Source of the DNA: an uncultured Chloroflexia bacterium
GTDB lineage: Bacteria; Chloroflexota; Dehalococcoidia; DSTF01; JALHUB01
Direction: 5' to 3'
DNA: 64,000 nucleotides
NCBI GenBank assembly: GCA_963726245.1
Contig: CAVSBT010000025.1
Span: forward strand, 32,001-96,000
Below, in pieces: positions 1 to 12,710 of this stretch; the first letter of the stretch is position 1, and every line of letters starts with the position of its first letter. Below the pieces are notes generated by a model that worked only from the letters and a program-made list of their open reading frames with translations, did no database searches and was not told the DNA's origin. Position numbers and translations under genes: made by a program.

Positions 1-606
1 TTGGCGGGCCGGCCTGCCGATGAGCGCAACGCGCTCCTTGCGGCCCTTGCCGCGCACCCGGAGCAGGCCGTCTCTGAGGTCCAGGTCGGCGGTGTTCAGG
101 CCGACCAGCTCGCTGACGCGGATGCCGGCCGCATAGAGGAGCTCCATCAGGGCGCGGTCTCGCAGGCCGAGAGGCGTGTCGGTCTGCGGCGCTAAGACCA
201 GGGCGGAGACGTCCTCGTTGCTGAGGAAAGAGGGCAGCCGTCGCGGGCGCCGGGGGCCACGCACCCCCTGGAAGGGGCTGGCCTCCATTTGGCCGGACAG
301 CTCCAGGTGGCGGTAGAAGCCGCGGATGGTGCTCACCTTGCGGGTGAGGCTGCCGGAAGCGATACCGGCCTCCATGAGACGGGCCAGGTGGCGGCGCAGC
401 GCATGGCGGTCCACCTGAAGCGGGTCGCCCCCTTCCTCATCCACGAAGTCGATGAAGGCGTGGAGGTCGGTGGCATAGTTGCGCAGGGTGTAGGGTGAGA
501 GGTTCCTCTCGGCCAGCAGTCCCCGAAGATAGCTCTCCAGCAGTGACTCGACACGCGCCCGCCAGGGGGCTTCCCGCGTCGCCGTGGCGTCCTTGGACAT
601 GCCCAT
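1..606 (-). CDS. xerC: Tyrosine recombinase XerC/XerD family, N-terminal part (runs off the window)
   Basis: Manual minus-strand translation: ERNLSPYTLRNYATDL...RLPSFLS...LRDRALMELLYAAGIRVSELVGL...VRGKGRKERVA. ATG at 606 with GGAG upstream. Lies downstream of topA, the typical dprA-topA-xerC order. Confidence 0.88.
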   Translation of the reverse strand, partial: MGMSKDATATREAPWRARVESLLESYLRGLLAERNLSPYTLRNYATDLHAFIDFVDEEGGDPLQVDRHALRRHLARLMEAGIASGSLTRKVSTIRGFYRHLELSGQMEASPFQGVRGPRRPRRLPSFLSNEDVSALVLAPQTDTPLGLRDRALMELLYAAGIRVSELVGLNTADLDLRDGLLRVRGKGRKERVALIGRPARQ

Positions 607-613
607 GGCTCTC

Positions 614-2995
614 CTAGCCTGGACTGCCGGTCGCCTGCCCTGGCCCTCCGGCCGACGCCCCCGCGCCGACCGGCGAGGGCGGGGCGCCCTTCCACGAGCA
701 ACTCAGGCAGCGGGCGAGCTCGCGCCCTGCCGCCACCAGGAGGTCGCCGCAGTTGGGGCAGGGCTCCGGCAGCGGCCGCGACCAGCTCACGAACTCACAG
801 CGGGGGTAGTTGGCGCAGCCGTAGAAGGTGCGGCCCCGCCGCGTGCGGCGGGCCACCAGGTCGCCCCGGCAGCGGGGGCAGGCCACGCCCACCTTGGCCC
901 GCAGAGGCTTCGTGCCCTTGCACTCCGGGTAGCGGGAACAGGCCAGGAAGCGGCCAAACCGGCCGGTGCGCACGACCATGGGGGAGCTACAGAGCTCACA
1001 GCGTTCGTCGGTGGCTTCGGGCTCCTCTTCCCCAGGCAGCGGCCGCGCCGACCTGCACTCCGGGAAGCCCGTGCAGGCCAGGAAGCGCCCGAAGCGGCCC
1101 CAACGCACGACCATTGGCCGGCCGCACACCTGGCAGCGCTCATCCGTGGCCTCCTCGACCCTGGGCGCTTGAGCCGCCTTGGCCAGAGCCTCCTCTAAAG
1201 GTAAGTAGAAGCGCTCGACCACCGGCTGCCAGGCCTTCTGGCCGCGGGCGATCTCGTCCAGCTCCCCCTCCATGGCGGCGGTGAAGCTGAGGTCCACCAC
1301 GTCAGGGACCAAGTTCACCAGCAGGTCATTGACGACGTAGCCCAGCTCGGTGGGCTTGAGTTGACGGCCTTCGCGGTTCACGTAGCCGCGATCCTGGATC
1401 GTGGAGAGGGTGGGCGCATAGGTGCTGGGCCGTCCGATACCGTTCTCCTCCAGGGCACGCACCAGCGTCGCCTCCGTGTAGCGGGCCGGCGGCTCCGTGA
1501 AGTGCTGCTCCGGCAGGAGGGCCAGCAGGCTCAACACCTGCTCGGCCGAAAGGGTGGGCAGCCGTGGCTTATCCTCCTCTGCCGATCCGTTGTCGCTGGA
1601 CTCCTGGTAGAGCTGGCGGTAACCCGGGAAGTGGAGGACGCTCTCGGTGGCCCGGAAGAGGTAAACGTCGCGGCCGGTCGGCGGCGTCGCCTCCACGTCG
1701 ATGGTCAGGCTGTCGTAGAGGGCGTCCGCCATCTGGCTGGCCAGCATGCGCTGCCATATCAGGCTGTAGAGCCGGAACTGGTCGGGGGTCAGGGAGCGAC
1801 GGAGGGCGGCGGGCTCCCGTCGAATCGACGTGGGCCGGATGGCTTCGTGCGCCTCCTGGGCGCCACGGACCTTGCGGCGGTAGGCGCGTGGCGCCGGCGG
1901 CAGGAACTCGGCGCCGAAGCGCTCGCCGATGTAGGCGCGCGCCTCCGCCCTCGCCGCCTCCGCGACGTGGGTGGAGTCGGTGCGCATGTAGGTGATGAGC
2001 CCCACGTGGCCCTCGCCTGGCCGTCGGCCGCCCCCACCGTCCTTCTTGGCGGATGGACCCGTCGCCGAGGACGACAGCCCTTCGTAGAGCTGCTGGGCCA
2101 CGGCCATCGTGCGCTTGGCCGAGAAGCCAAAGCGCCGCGAGGCCTCCTGCTGGAGGGTGCTGGTGATGAACGGCGGCGGCGGGCGCCGCGGCTGCCTGCG
2201 CTGCTTGATCTCCGCCACACGGTAGGCTGCCTTCTCCAGGAGGGCGACGAGGCGGCCGGACTCCTCGGCGTTCGCGACCTCCAGCTTCTTGCTGCCGGCT
2301 TCCGCCGGAGGCGCCCCGACGGATGCCCGTCTGGGCGAGGCCGGCCAGTCGGGCTGTGAAGAACCCCTGGTCCGCCGAGGCGGAGCCGGCCGGGGAGAGG
2401 CGGGCGTCAATCGTCCAGTACTCGCGGGCGACGAAGCCGTCGATCTCCCGTTCGCGGTCCACCACCATGCGCAGGGCCACCGACTGCACGCGTCCCGCCG
2501 AGAGGCCGCGGCGAACCTTCTTCCAGAGCAGCGGGCTAACCTTGTAGCCCACCAGCCGGTCGACGACGCGACGGGCCTGCTGCGCGTCGACCAGCCGCAT
2601 GTCGATGTCGCGGGGGTGGCGGAAGGCCTGTCGCACCGCCTCCGGCGTCACCTCGTGAAAGACGACGCGCTGGTAAGGGTGCCCGCCGAGCTCGGCGGCC
2701 TGCACCAGGTGCCAGGAGATGGCCTCGCCCTCGCGGTCGGGGTCGGTGGCCAGGTAGATGGTATCGGCGTCCTGGGCCGCCTCCTTCAGCTTGCGCACCA
2801 CCTCGCGTTTCTCGCGGGGCACGACGTAACGGGGGGCAAAGCCCTCCTTCACGTCGACACCCAGTCGAGAGCGGGGAGGTCGCGCACGTGGCCGATGGAG
2901 GCGCGGACGTCGTAGCCCGAGCCCAGGAAACCGGCCAGGGTGCGGGCCTTGGCCGGCGACTCGACGATAACCAGGTTCCGCTTCTTCTTCGCCAC
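614..2995 (-). CDS. topA: DNA topoisomerase I (type IA), split by frameshifts near 2870 and 2300
   Basis: [55 protein letters not shown] and C-terminal C4 zinc ribbons, spread over three frames. Confidence 0.95.
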
Positions 2996-3008
2996 TCTAC
3001 TCCTTCGC

Positions 3009-4115
3009 CTAGGCGGTCTCCCGGACCCGCACGTAGTTCATGCGCCCCACCTGGCGGACCCGTCCTTTGAGCTCGAGCATCGCCAGGGCGCTGCTGACGG
3101 CGGCGATGGGCAGCCCGCACGAGCGCCTCACCTCATCTATATGTGTCGGCTGCGCGGATAGATGTTTCAAGAGGGCCGCCTCCGCCTCATCGACGGGCAC
3201 AAGCTCCTTCATCTCCATCTGGTAGGATGCCATGGTCAGGTTCAGCTCCACCAGGATGTCCTGTACGCCGGTCACCAGCTTCGCTTCGCCGTCCTGAACG
3301 AGCTTGTTGGTGCCCCGGCAGCCCGGCGAGTAGATGCTGCCGGGCACGGCGAAGACCTCGCGGTTCTGGTCGAGGGCCTGGCGAGCCGTGATGCGGGCGC
3401 CGCTGGTCACGCTGCCTTCCACCATCAGGACACCCAGGCTCATGCCGCTCATGATACGGTTGCGACGCGGGAAGTGCTCGCTGCGGGGCTGCGTCCCCAG
3501 GGGATAGTCGCTGACCAGCGCGCCGCTCTCCATCACCTCCTGGGCCAGGCGCAGGTGCTCCGGTGGGTAGACGAGGTCCAGCCCGCAGGCCAGCACGGCA
3601 ATCGTGCGGCCGCCGGCCTGGAGCGCCGCCCGGTGAGCGACGGAGTCGATGCCCCGCGCCAGGCCGCTGACGACGGTCACCCGGTTGTGGGCCAGCCCGC
3701 TCGCGAACTCCTCTGCCGCCTGCCGGCCGTAGACCGAGGCCCGCCGCGTCCCGACGACGGCCACCGCCCATTCGTCGGCGGGGGTGAGCCGCCCGCGGAC
3801 GTAGAGAACCGGGGGCAGGTCGTCGATCTCCTTCAGCTTTGGCGGATAGGCCGGGTCGTGCCAGGTGAGGGCCTGGACGCCGGCCTGGGCCAGGCGCTCG
3901 ATCTCCTCGTCCGGCGAGATGCGCGGCCGCTCGGCGACGATGGCGGTGATGGTGGCTGCGTCGAGGCCGGCCGCCTTCAGGTCGGCGGCGCCGGCCTGCC
4001 AGGCGTCAGCGAGCCGCCCGAAGTGGCGCTCGAGCAGCTTGGTGCGCGCTCGCCCGACGCGCGGTATGCGGGCGAAGGACACCCAGTATTTCAGGTCGCC
4101 GGCATCGTAGTCCAT
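3009..4115 (-). CDS. dprA: DNA-processing protein DprA/Smf
   Basis: [37 protein letters not shown] motifs and a C-terminal winged helix. Confidence 0.95.
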   Translation of the reverse strand: MDYDAGDLKYWVSFARIPRVGRARTKLLERHFGRLADAWQAGAADLKAAGLDAATITAIVAERPRISPDEEIERLAQAGVQALTWHDPAYPPKLKEIDDLPPVLYVRGRLTPADEWAVAVVGTRRASVYGRQAAEEFASGLAHNRVTVVSGLARGIDSVAHRAALQAGGRTIAVLACGLDLVYPPEHLRLAQEVMESGALVSDYPLGTQPRSEHFPRRNRIMSGMSLGVLMVEGSVTSGARITARQALDQNREVFAVPGSIYSPGCRGTNKLVQDGEAKLVTGVQDILVELNLTMASYQMEMKELVPVDEAEAALLKHLSAQPTHIDEVRRSCGLPIAAVSSALAMLELKGRVRQVGRMNYVRVRETA

Positions 4116-4145
4116 CGAACGGCCATTGTAGCACAGCCGTTTTGG

Positions 4146-4233
4146 GGCAGACAAACGAGCAAACGAGCAAGCGGGCAAAACGGGCAGAATACCTGAATTG
4201 CCCGTTTGCCAGATCTGCCAGTGTGCCCGTTTC
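4146..4233. repeat. Degenerate 8-9 nt tandem repeats in inverted arrangement
   Basis: CAAACGAG CAAACGAG CAAGCGGG CAAAACGGG, followed by complementary TTGCCCGTTTG...TGCCCGTTTC. Confidence 0.6.
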
Positions 4234-4240
4234 GCTGGGC

Positions 4241-5552
<1,312 letters not shown>

Positions 5553-5558
5553 AGAGGC

Positions 5559-6920
5559 TCACGCTCCCTTGCTGCGGCGGCCTCGGCGGGGCCGGATACG
5601 GGCCGGCGCTCCCACGGCCAGGCTGTCGGGGGGCACGTTGCGGTTCACCACGGAGCCGGCGCCCGTGGCCGACCGTTCTCCCACTTCCACCGGCGCCACC
5701 AGCATGGTGTCGCTGCCGATGAAGGCCCCGTCGCCGATGATGGTGCGGTGCTTTCGCGTGCCGTCGAAGTTACAGGTGATGGCGCCGGCGCCGATGTTCA
5801 CGTCCCTGCCTACCTGGGCGTCTCCGATGTAGCTGAAGTGGCCCATCCTGGTGCCGCGGCCCAGGCGTGCGTTCTTCACCTCGGCGAAGTTGCCGATGTG
5901 CACTTCTTGCTCTATGTACGACCCGACCCGCACGTGGCTGAAGGGGCCCACCTGCACGTCGTTCTCCAGAACCGCCCCCTCGACCACGGAGGAGACGACG
6001 CGGCAGCGGGCGCCCACCCGGCTATCGACCAGGAAGGCGTCGGGGCCAAGCGTACAGCCATCGCCTACGCGCGTCGAGCCCGTCAGGTAGGTGTTCGGCC
6101 AGAGGACGGTGTCCTCGCCGATCTCGACGCCGGCGTCTATGTAAACGGCGGAGGGGTCGATCATGGTGACGCCGGCCAGCAGGTGGCGGCGGCGGATGCG
6201 CTCGCGCATGACGGCCTCGGCTTGGGCCAGTTGAAGGCGGTCGTTGATGCCGATGGCCTCTTGTGGCTCGGAGGCGGCCACGGCTTCCAGGTGGTCGCCA
6301 CCACGAACGGCGCCGGCGACGAGCTCCGTCAGGTAGTACTCGCCGCTGGCGCTGCGGGGGAGCCGCCGCAGGCGCGGCCAGAGCCAGGAGCCACGGAAGC
6401 AGTAGACGCCCACGTTGATCTCGGCCGGGCCGCCCGTGGGCCCCTGACAGTCCGCCTCCTCGACAACCGCCACGGGCCTGCCCTCGCCGTCTCTCTCGAG
6501 GTGACCGAGGCCTCTGGAGTCCTCTATGTGTGCCGTCAGGAAGGTGAGGTCGGCGCCGCTCTCCCGGTGGCGCGCCGTCAAGGCGGATATCGTGTCGGGC
6601 GAGACGAGGGGGATGTCGCCGTTCAAGACCAGGACGTGCGTGGCGGCGCCGGCCAGGGGTTCGGCCTGGCGGAGGGCATGACCGGTGCCCAGCCGCCGGC
6701 GCTGGTCGACGTAGCGAAAGCCGTCGCCCAGGGCCTCCCGCACCGCGGCGCCGCCCTGTCCCACCACGACGACAGGGCGCTCGAAGCCGGCCGTTCGCAG
6801 CGTCTCAGCCACGTGGCGGACCATGGGCCGCCCGGCCAGCGTATGCAGCACCTTGGGCCGGGAGGAGCGCATACGCTTGCCTTGCCCGGCCGCCAGGATG
6901 ACCGCCATCCAGTCGTTCAA
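5559..6920 (-). CDS. glmU: Bifunctional UDP-GlcNAc pyrophosphorylase / GlcN-1-P acetyltransferase
   Basis: ILAAGQGKRMRS..PKVLH, LGTGHAL, hexapeptide repeats, NIGAGAITCNFDG. Confidence 0.96.
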   Translation of the reverse strand: MNDWMAVILAAGQGKRMRSSRPKVLHTLAGRPMVRHVAETLRTAGFERPVVVVGQGGAAVREALGDGFRYVDQRRRLGTGHALRQAEPLAGAATHVLVLNGDIPLVSPDTISALTARHRESGADLTFLTAHIEDSRGLGHLERDGEGRPVAVVEEADCQGPTGGPAEINVGVYCFRGSWLWPRLRRLPRSASGEYYLTELVAGAVRGGDHLEAVAASEPQEAIGINDRLQLAQAEAVMRERIRRRHLLAGVTMIDPSAVYIDAGVEIGEDTVLWPNTYLTGSTRVGDGCTLGPDAFLVDSRVGARCRVVSSVVEGAVLENDVQVGPFSHVRVGSYIEQEVHIGNFAEVKNARLGRGTRMGHFSYIGDAQVGRDVNIGAGAITCNFDGTRKHRTIIGDGAFIGSDTMLVAPVEVGERSATGAGSVVNRNVPPDSLAVGAPARIRPRRGRRSKGA

Positions 6921-7178
6921 GTCTCCAACCTCTGCGGCAATCAGACGACCGCGATCAAACCGGCTTGCAGCGAAATCATGGGAGAAGAGCCCCTAGCGCA
7001 AGCACCGGCAGGCGACCGTGCTTGAATCGACGTGATGAGCCGTGGCTGACGTACAGGGAGAGTTCTATGGCTGCCGTCGCTATCGGGCGGAGGTTCTTCG
7101 GTTGACGATGACAAAGAGGATACCTTCAGTCCGGTTCCCTGGCATTGCTGCCGCCGTGTGTTGCACCGGACCGCTTCC

Positions 7179-7257
7179 ATACTAGAAAGCCCAGGCGGAG
7201 GCTGTCAAGAGTACCCTCGCACAAGTGATTGACGACCTTAGAATCGCGTGTTATAGT
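7179..7257. promoter_or_regulatory. Divergent sigma70-type promoters (glmU side and infC side)
   Basis: Plus strand: TTGACG(7229)-17 bp-TATAGT(7252). Minus strand: TTGACA(7208-7203)-18 bp-TAGTAT. Confidence 0.65.
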
Positions 7258-7312
7258 GAGGCACTATTGAGGGGTGCGCATCTGGCTGTAGGTCTTCTGT
7301 GAGGGTGCAGGG

Positions 7313-7900
7313 ATAGCTCGAGAACTCCGCACCAACGAGCACATTCGGGCTCGCGAAGTCCTACTTATAGGAGGAAACGGCGAACGCCTGGGCGTCATTC
7401 CTGTCGCCCAGGCGCTTGATATGGCGCGCCAGGCCGACCTCGACCTTGTGGAGGTCGCGCCCAACGTCGACCCTCCTGTCTGTCGCATCCTGGACTACGG
7501 CAAGTACAAGTACGCGCAATCCAAGAAGGAGCGCGACTCCCGCAAGCACCAGCACCATGTGGTGCTGCGGGAGGTCAGGTTCAAGCCCAAGATCGACACC
7601 CACGATGTGGACTTCAAGGCACGCACGGCCGAGAAACTCCTGCGTGAAGGCGACAAGGTCAAGGTGTCCGTCATGTTCCGGGGCCGGGAGCTCACCCACC
7701 CCCAGATCGGGCGGGACCTGCTGGACCGCATCTACGAGAAGCTGAAGGAAATCGCCATCCTCGAGCGGCCGCCTACCATGGAAGGCCGCTTCATGAGTAT
7801 GATCCTGACCCCTGTTCCCCCAAAGCAGCCGGGCAAGCCGCCCAAAGAGTCCGGCGGGGAAGGGGAGGGGCAGGTGCCGGTGGCGACCACGGAGGCCTAG
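7313..7900 (+). CDS. infC: Translation initiation factor IF-3, non-canonical ATA start
   Basis: Frame extends 36 codons upstream of ATG 7421 as ARELRTNEHIRAREVLLIG..GERLG, the conserved IF3 N-terminus. ATA at 7313 is preceded by GAGGGTG. Also DLVEVAP..PPVCRILDYGKYKY. Confidence 0.95.
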   Translation: MARELRTNEHIRAREVLLIGGNGERLGVIPVAQALDMARQADLDLVEVAPNVDPPVCRILDYGKYKYAQSKKERDSRKHQHHVVLREVRFKPKIDTHDVDFKARTAEKLLREGDKVKVSVMFRGRELTHPQIGRDLLDRIYEKLKEIAILERPPTMEGRFMSMILTPVPPKQPGKPPKESGGEGEGQVPVATTEA

Positions 7901-7902
7901 GT

Positions 7903-8106
7903 TTGCCGAAGCTGAAGACCCACAAGGGCGCCAAGCGCCGCTTCAACATCTCAGGAAGCGGGAAGATATTGCGCCCCAAGGGTAACAAGAGCCACCTGCG
8001 TCGGCGAAAGTCGCCCCGGGCCAAGGGAATGCTGGACGAGATGATGGTGGTCCACCCGTCGGCCCGCAAGCGCCTGCGCCGGCTTCTGCCCTACGGGCTG
8101 CGCTAG
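7903..8106 (+). CDS. rpmI: 50S ribosomal protein L35
   Basis: [14 protein letters not shown]; infC-rpmI-rplT order. Confidence 0.96.
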   Translation: MPKLKTHKGAKRRFNISGSGKILRPKGNKSHLRRRKSPRAKGMLDEMMVVHPSARKRLRRLLPYGLR

Positions 8107-8129
8107 CCAGCGACAGTGAGGAATCGCCC

Positions 8130-8495
8130 GTGAGCCGCGTCAAACGAGGCGTCACCGCCCGACGCCATCACCGCAAGATCATCGCCATGGCCAAGGGGCA
8201 CAAGGGCGTCCGCCACCGCATCTTCCGGCGCGCCAACGAGTCGGTCCTGCACGCCCTCGACTACGCCTACCGCCACCGGCGAGAGCGCAAGGGCGACTTC
8301 CGCCGCCTCTGGATCACCCGCATCAACGCCGCCGCCCGTCTCAACGGCCTCAGCTACTCCCGCTTCATCGAAGGGCTGATCAAGGCCGGCGTGCAGGTGG
8401 ACCGCAAGATGCTCGCCGACCTCGCCGTCCGCGACGCCGGCGCCTTCTCCTCTCTGGCGACCACGGCCCGCGGCGCTCTGGGCACGGCCGGCTAG
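8130..8495 (+). CDS. rplT: 50S ribosomal protein L20
   Basis: [14 protein letters not shown]...[14 protein letters not shown]...[10 protein letters not shown]. Confidence 0.97.
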   Translation: MSRVKRGVTARRHHRKIIAMAKGHKGVRHRIFRRANESVLHALDYAYRHRRERKGDFRRLWITRINAAARLNGLSYSRFIEGLIKAGVQVDRKMLADLAVRDAGAFSSLATTARGALGTAG

Positions 8496-8517
8496 CCGGA
8501 AACACGTCTCAACACAC

Positions 8518-8622
8518 GTATAGGGGCGACCGGGGGTCGCCCCCTTTGTTTGGCATCCCACCTCGTAGGGGCAGGGCCCTGTCCCTGCCCCACCCAAGGC
8601 GCCCACAGGGGGGCGCCCCTAC
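8518..8622. repeat. GTAG-type REP palindrome cluster (doublet) between converging rplT and pheT
   Basis: GGGGCGACC-GG-GGTCGCCCC hairpin, then GTAGGGGCAGGG..CCCTGCCCC and an inverted GGCGCCC..GGGCGCCCCTAC. Confidence 0.7.
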
Positions 8623-8724
8623 GACCGAGGGCAACGTGTTGCTTGACGACCATAAGCCCGGCCTTCGGGTCTTGGTGTCTGGGAGGGGATGTCGGGCGAT
8701 GACGAGTCTGCGGCTGGCCGGGGC

Positions 8725-11139
8725 TTACCCCCGCAGCGTGGCGCCCAACTGGCGCTTGAGGCGCTCGACGATGCCGCGGTGGGCGCGGGCCACCTCCTCG
8801 TCGGTCAGGGTGTGCTCCGGCGACTGGTAGGTGACGGAGAAGGCGAGCGACTTCTTGCCCGGCCGGCACGGGCTCCCCGGTGTACACGTCGAAGAGCTGC
8901 GCCCGCCGCACCAGCGCCGCCGCCTCGATGATGGCCTGCACCTGGGCCGCCGTCACCGCCTCGTCGACGACGACAGCCATGTCCTGGACCACGGGCGGGA
9001 AGCGCGGGACCGGCTCGTAGCGATGCGCCTCCCTGCCTGAGAGGGCTGCCAGCACCTCGTCCAGCACCAGCTCGAACAGGAAGACGTCCCCATCGATGTC
9101 GAAGCCGGCCGCCACGCGCGGGTCGACCTGGCCCAGCACGCCCACGGCCCGCTCGCCGAGCATGATGCGGGCCGTGCGGCCGGGCATGAGTGCGTACTCC
9201 TCCCCCTCGTCGAAGGCCGGCTTCACGCCGAGGCGCCCGAAGAGGTGCTCCAGGTACCCCTTGGCGTCGAAGAAGTCCAGGTCCTCCTCCATGACGTGGC
9301 CCCCGCGGTCCAGCCGCCTGCCGCTGACGACGCCGGCGGCGTGCTCCGGCTCGCGCGGCAGCTCCCGGCCCTGACTCAGGTAGACTCTTGCCACCTCGTA
9401 GAGGGCCAGGGGCCCCTCGCGCTGACGCTGGTTAGCGGCCAGAGTGCGCAGCAGGCTGGCCCGCAGGGTGGGCCGCAGGCACTCGTGCTCGGAGCTCATG
9501 GGGTTGGCGACGCGCAGGGGCGGGCCGGCGACCAGCGCCTCGGGGGAGACGACCCGCTGGATGGCCTCCAGCGTGGTGAGAGAGTACGTGATCACCTCCT
9601 GCATGCCGGCGGCAGCCAGGCCGTCGCTGACCTGCTCCCGAAGCTCCCGCAGCGCCCGAGGCGGCGCCGGTGGGATGGCGCCTCGCACCAGGCCCACCGG
9701 GATCTCGTCATAGCCGATGATGCGGCCCACCTCTTCCACCACGTCGATGGGGATGCGGACATCGGTACGCCAGTACGGCACGCGTACCTGGTAGGTATCC
9801 GGGGGCTGCCAGTGGCAGGCGAATCCCAGGGAGGTGAGGACGCGGCGCACCCGGGAGGTGGGCGGGTCGATGCCCAGCACCTGCTGGATGCGCTCGCGGC
9901 GCACTTCGATCTTGGTCTCGCGGCGCCTTGCCGGGATACACGTCGACGATGCCGAGCGCGGCGCGGCCGCCGGCCAGCTCGACGATGAGCTTCGTGGCGC
10001 GACGGGCCGCGATAGCTGAGAGCTCGGGGCTGAGGCCCTTGTCGAAGCGGGAGGAGGCCTCGCTCTTCAGCTTGAGGGCATTGCTCGTGCGGCGGATGCT
10101 TATGTTGTTAAAGTTAGCCGATTCGAGCAGGATGCTGGTCGTGGCGTCCGACACCTCACTGTCGGCGCCGCCCATGACGCCCGCCAGGGCCACGGCCCCG
10201 CCGGGGTCGGCGATGACCAGCATGTCCGGCTCCAGCCGTCGCTGCACGCCGTCCAGCGTGGCGAGCGGCTCGCCCCGTCGGGCGCGCCGGACGATGATCT
10301 TCCCGCCGCGGATGGCGTCGAAGTCGAAGGCGTGCAGGGGCTGCCCCAGCTCCATCATCACGTAGTTGGTGATGTCGACGATGTTGTTGATGGGGCGCAT
10401 GCCGGCGGCAAGGAGGCGCTCCTGCATCCAGGCCGGCGATGGCCCCACCTTCACGCCATCGATCAGCGTCGCCACGTAGCGATAGCAGAGGTCGGGGTCG
10501 GCGATCTCCACCGAAGCCCGCTCCGCTATCGGCGGCCCCTCCTCGGGGTAGGTGTGCGGCGGCTCTCGCACCGAGCCGCCTGTCAGGGCGGCCACCTCCC
10601 GGGCAACGCCGAGCACCGACAGGCAATCGGGCCGGTTGGGGGTGACGTCCAGGTCGAGGATGGTGTCGCCCAGGTAGCCGGCCAGGGGAGTGCCCAGGGG
10701 CGCGTCCTCCGGCAGCACCAGGATGCCCTCGTGGTAGTCGGAGAGGCCCAGCTCCTTCTCCGAGCAGACCATGCCCGCCGACTCTACCCCCCGGATGCGG
10801 GCGGCGCGGAGCACCGAGGGCTCTCCCGTGTGCCCGTCGATGAGCCGGGCGCCGGTGCGGGCGAAGGCTATCTTCTGGCCGGCGGCCACGTTGGGCGCCC
10901 CGCAGACCACCGTGATGCTCTCGCCGCCGCCCAGGTTGACCGTGGCCAGCGTGAGGCGGTCGGCGTTGGGGTGAGGCTCCACGGCCACGACCTCTCCGAC
11001 GCGAGATGAGGTCCCAGTCGCCGCCCGTGGAGAGGATGGCGTCGACCTCGGTGCCGGACATGGTGAGGCGATGCGCCAGCTCCTTCGCCGGCAGGGGCAA
11101 GTCGACATAATCAGCCAGCCACTTAAGGGAGACTCTCAT
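8725..11139 (-). CDS. pheT: Phenylalanyl-tRNA synthetase beta subunit (frameshifts near 11005, 9930, 8865)
   Basis: [54 protein letters not shown]-terminal FDX-ACB domain ending GATLRG*. Confidence 0.95.
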
Positions 11140-11148
11140 AGTACGCGG

Positions 11149-12196
11149 TCAGAACTGCTCCAGGAAACGCAGGTCATTGCTGTAGAAGAGCCGGATATCC
11201 TCGATGCCGTGGAGGAGCATGCAGATGCGCTCGATGCCCATGCCGGAGGCGAAGCCCGTGTAGCGTTCGCTGTCGTAGCCCATGTTGGTCAGGATCTCGG
11301 GGTGCACCATGCCGGCGCCCATGATCTCGATCCATCCCGTTCCGCTGCAGGTGCGGCAGCCCTCGCCGCGGCAGAGGAAGCAGTCGATGGCCATGTCCAC
11401 GCCCGGCTCGACGAAGGGGAAGTAGTCGCAGCGAAAGCGCACCTGGCGCTCGCGGCCGAAGATGCGGCGGGCGAACTCGAAGAGCGTGCCCTTGAGCTCC
11501 GCCATGCTGATGCCCTCATCGACGGCCAGCACCTCCACCTGGTGCATCATCCACTCGTGCGTGGGGTCGGTGGCCTCGTAGCGGTAGCAGCGGCCGGGCA
11601 CGACGACGCGCATGGGCGGCTGGCTCTGCTCCATGACCCGCACCTGGTTGGGCGAGGTGTGGGTGCGCAGGAGCATCTCGTACTCGCCGTTGCGGCGGAC
11701 GTCCACCCAGAGGGTGGCGAACATGTCGCGGGCCGGGTGGTCCTTGGGGATGCGCAGGGCTTCGAAGTTGTAGTGGTCCCACTCCACCTCCGGCCCCTCG
11801 GCGACCTGGAAGCCCATGGCGACGAAGGCGTCCAGCGCCTGCCGCAGCGTCTGCGTCACCGGGTGGAGGCGACCCATCGGTGATGGGGCGTCCGGGGAGG
11901 GTAACGTCCAGCCGGCCCCGCTCGATGGTGGCGGCGACCCGCTGGTGCAGGACCTCTTCCTGCCTGGCCTTGAACGCCTCTTCCAGGCTGTCCCGCAGGC
12001 GGTTGGCGGCCGCCCCTGCCTGCCGGCGCTCCTCGATCGGCAGCGAGGCCAGCCCGCGCAGGACCAGAGTCAGGCGGCCCTTGCGGCCCAGGTAGGCTAT
12101 GCGCCAAGCCTCGAGGGCCGCGTCGTCGACGGCGGCCGCCAGCGCGGCGGCCGCTTCCTGTCCTAGCTGCTCTACGTCTTGCTGCGTATCTGGCAT
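11149..12196 (-). CDS. pheS: Phenylalanyl-tRNA synthetase alpha subunit (frameshift near 11878)
   Basis: [48 protein letters not shown]. Confidence 0.96.
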
Positions 12197-12333
12197 ATCG
12201 CTTTCTGCTTCGGACGCATTATGGGCGACGGGGGTAGGAGGGTCAACGGGCGCGCGGAGGGGCTTGACAGCGGGCGGGCCTGTCGTATCATCGCCCTGAT
12301 CAGACGAAGGCAGCAGCGGGAGGTATCGAGAAC

Positions 12334-12585
12334 ATGTCGGTCCGGGGCTACGTCCTCATCGAAGCAGAGGTAGGAAAGGCGAAGGCCGTCGGGCAGGCGA
12401 TCAGCGCCCTCGAGCACATGGACGCCAAGGTTGTACTGTCGGACACTGTCACCGGCCCCTTCGACGTCATCGTCCAGCTAGAGGCCGACGACCTGGACAA
12501 GCTGGGCACCTGCATCACTGACTGCATCCAGCAGGTGGACGGCGTCCAGCGCACCACCACCTGCCTCTCCGTGAGGCTCGGGTAG
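12334..12585 (+). CDS. Stand-alone Lrp/AsnC ligand-binding (RAM) domain protein
   Basis: [10 protein letters not shown]...VTGPFDVIV...VDGVQRTTT pattern; GGAGG SD; upstream TTGACA-16 bp-TATCAT. Confidence 0.85.
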   Translation: MSVRGYVLIEAEVGKAKAVGQAISALEHMDAKVVLSDTVTGPFDVIVQLEADDLDKLGTCITDCIQQVDGVQRTTTCLSVRLG

Positions 12586-12710
12586 GGCAAAAAGGCCAGA
12601 CGCGGTAGCTGGGCGGCTCTGGGTGACGCTGTGGCCAGGAACGCCGTCCACCATCCCGCCGTTCGTTGTATCATGGGAGCGGCAACCAGCCTGGAGTCGA
12701 GGCCGCCACC

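Noticed and set aside
6921-7175. glmS ribozyme upstream of glmU
   Set aside because: The core AGCGCC...GACGAGG motif is not present on the coding strand.
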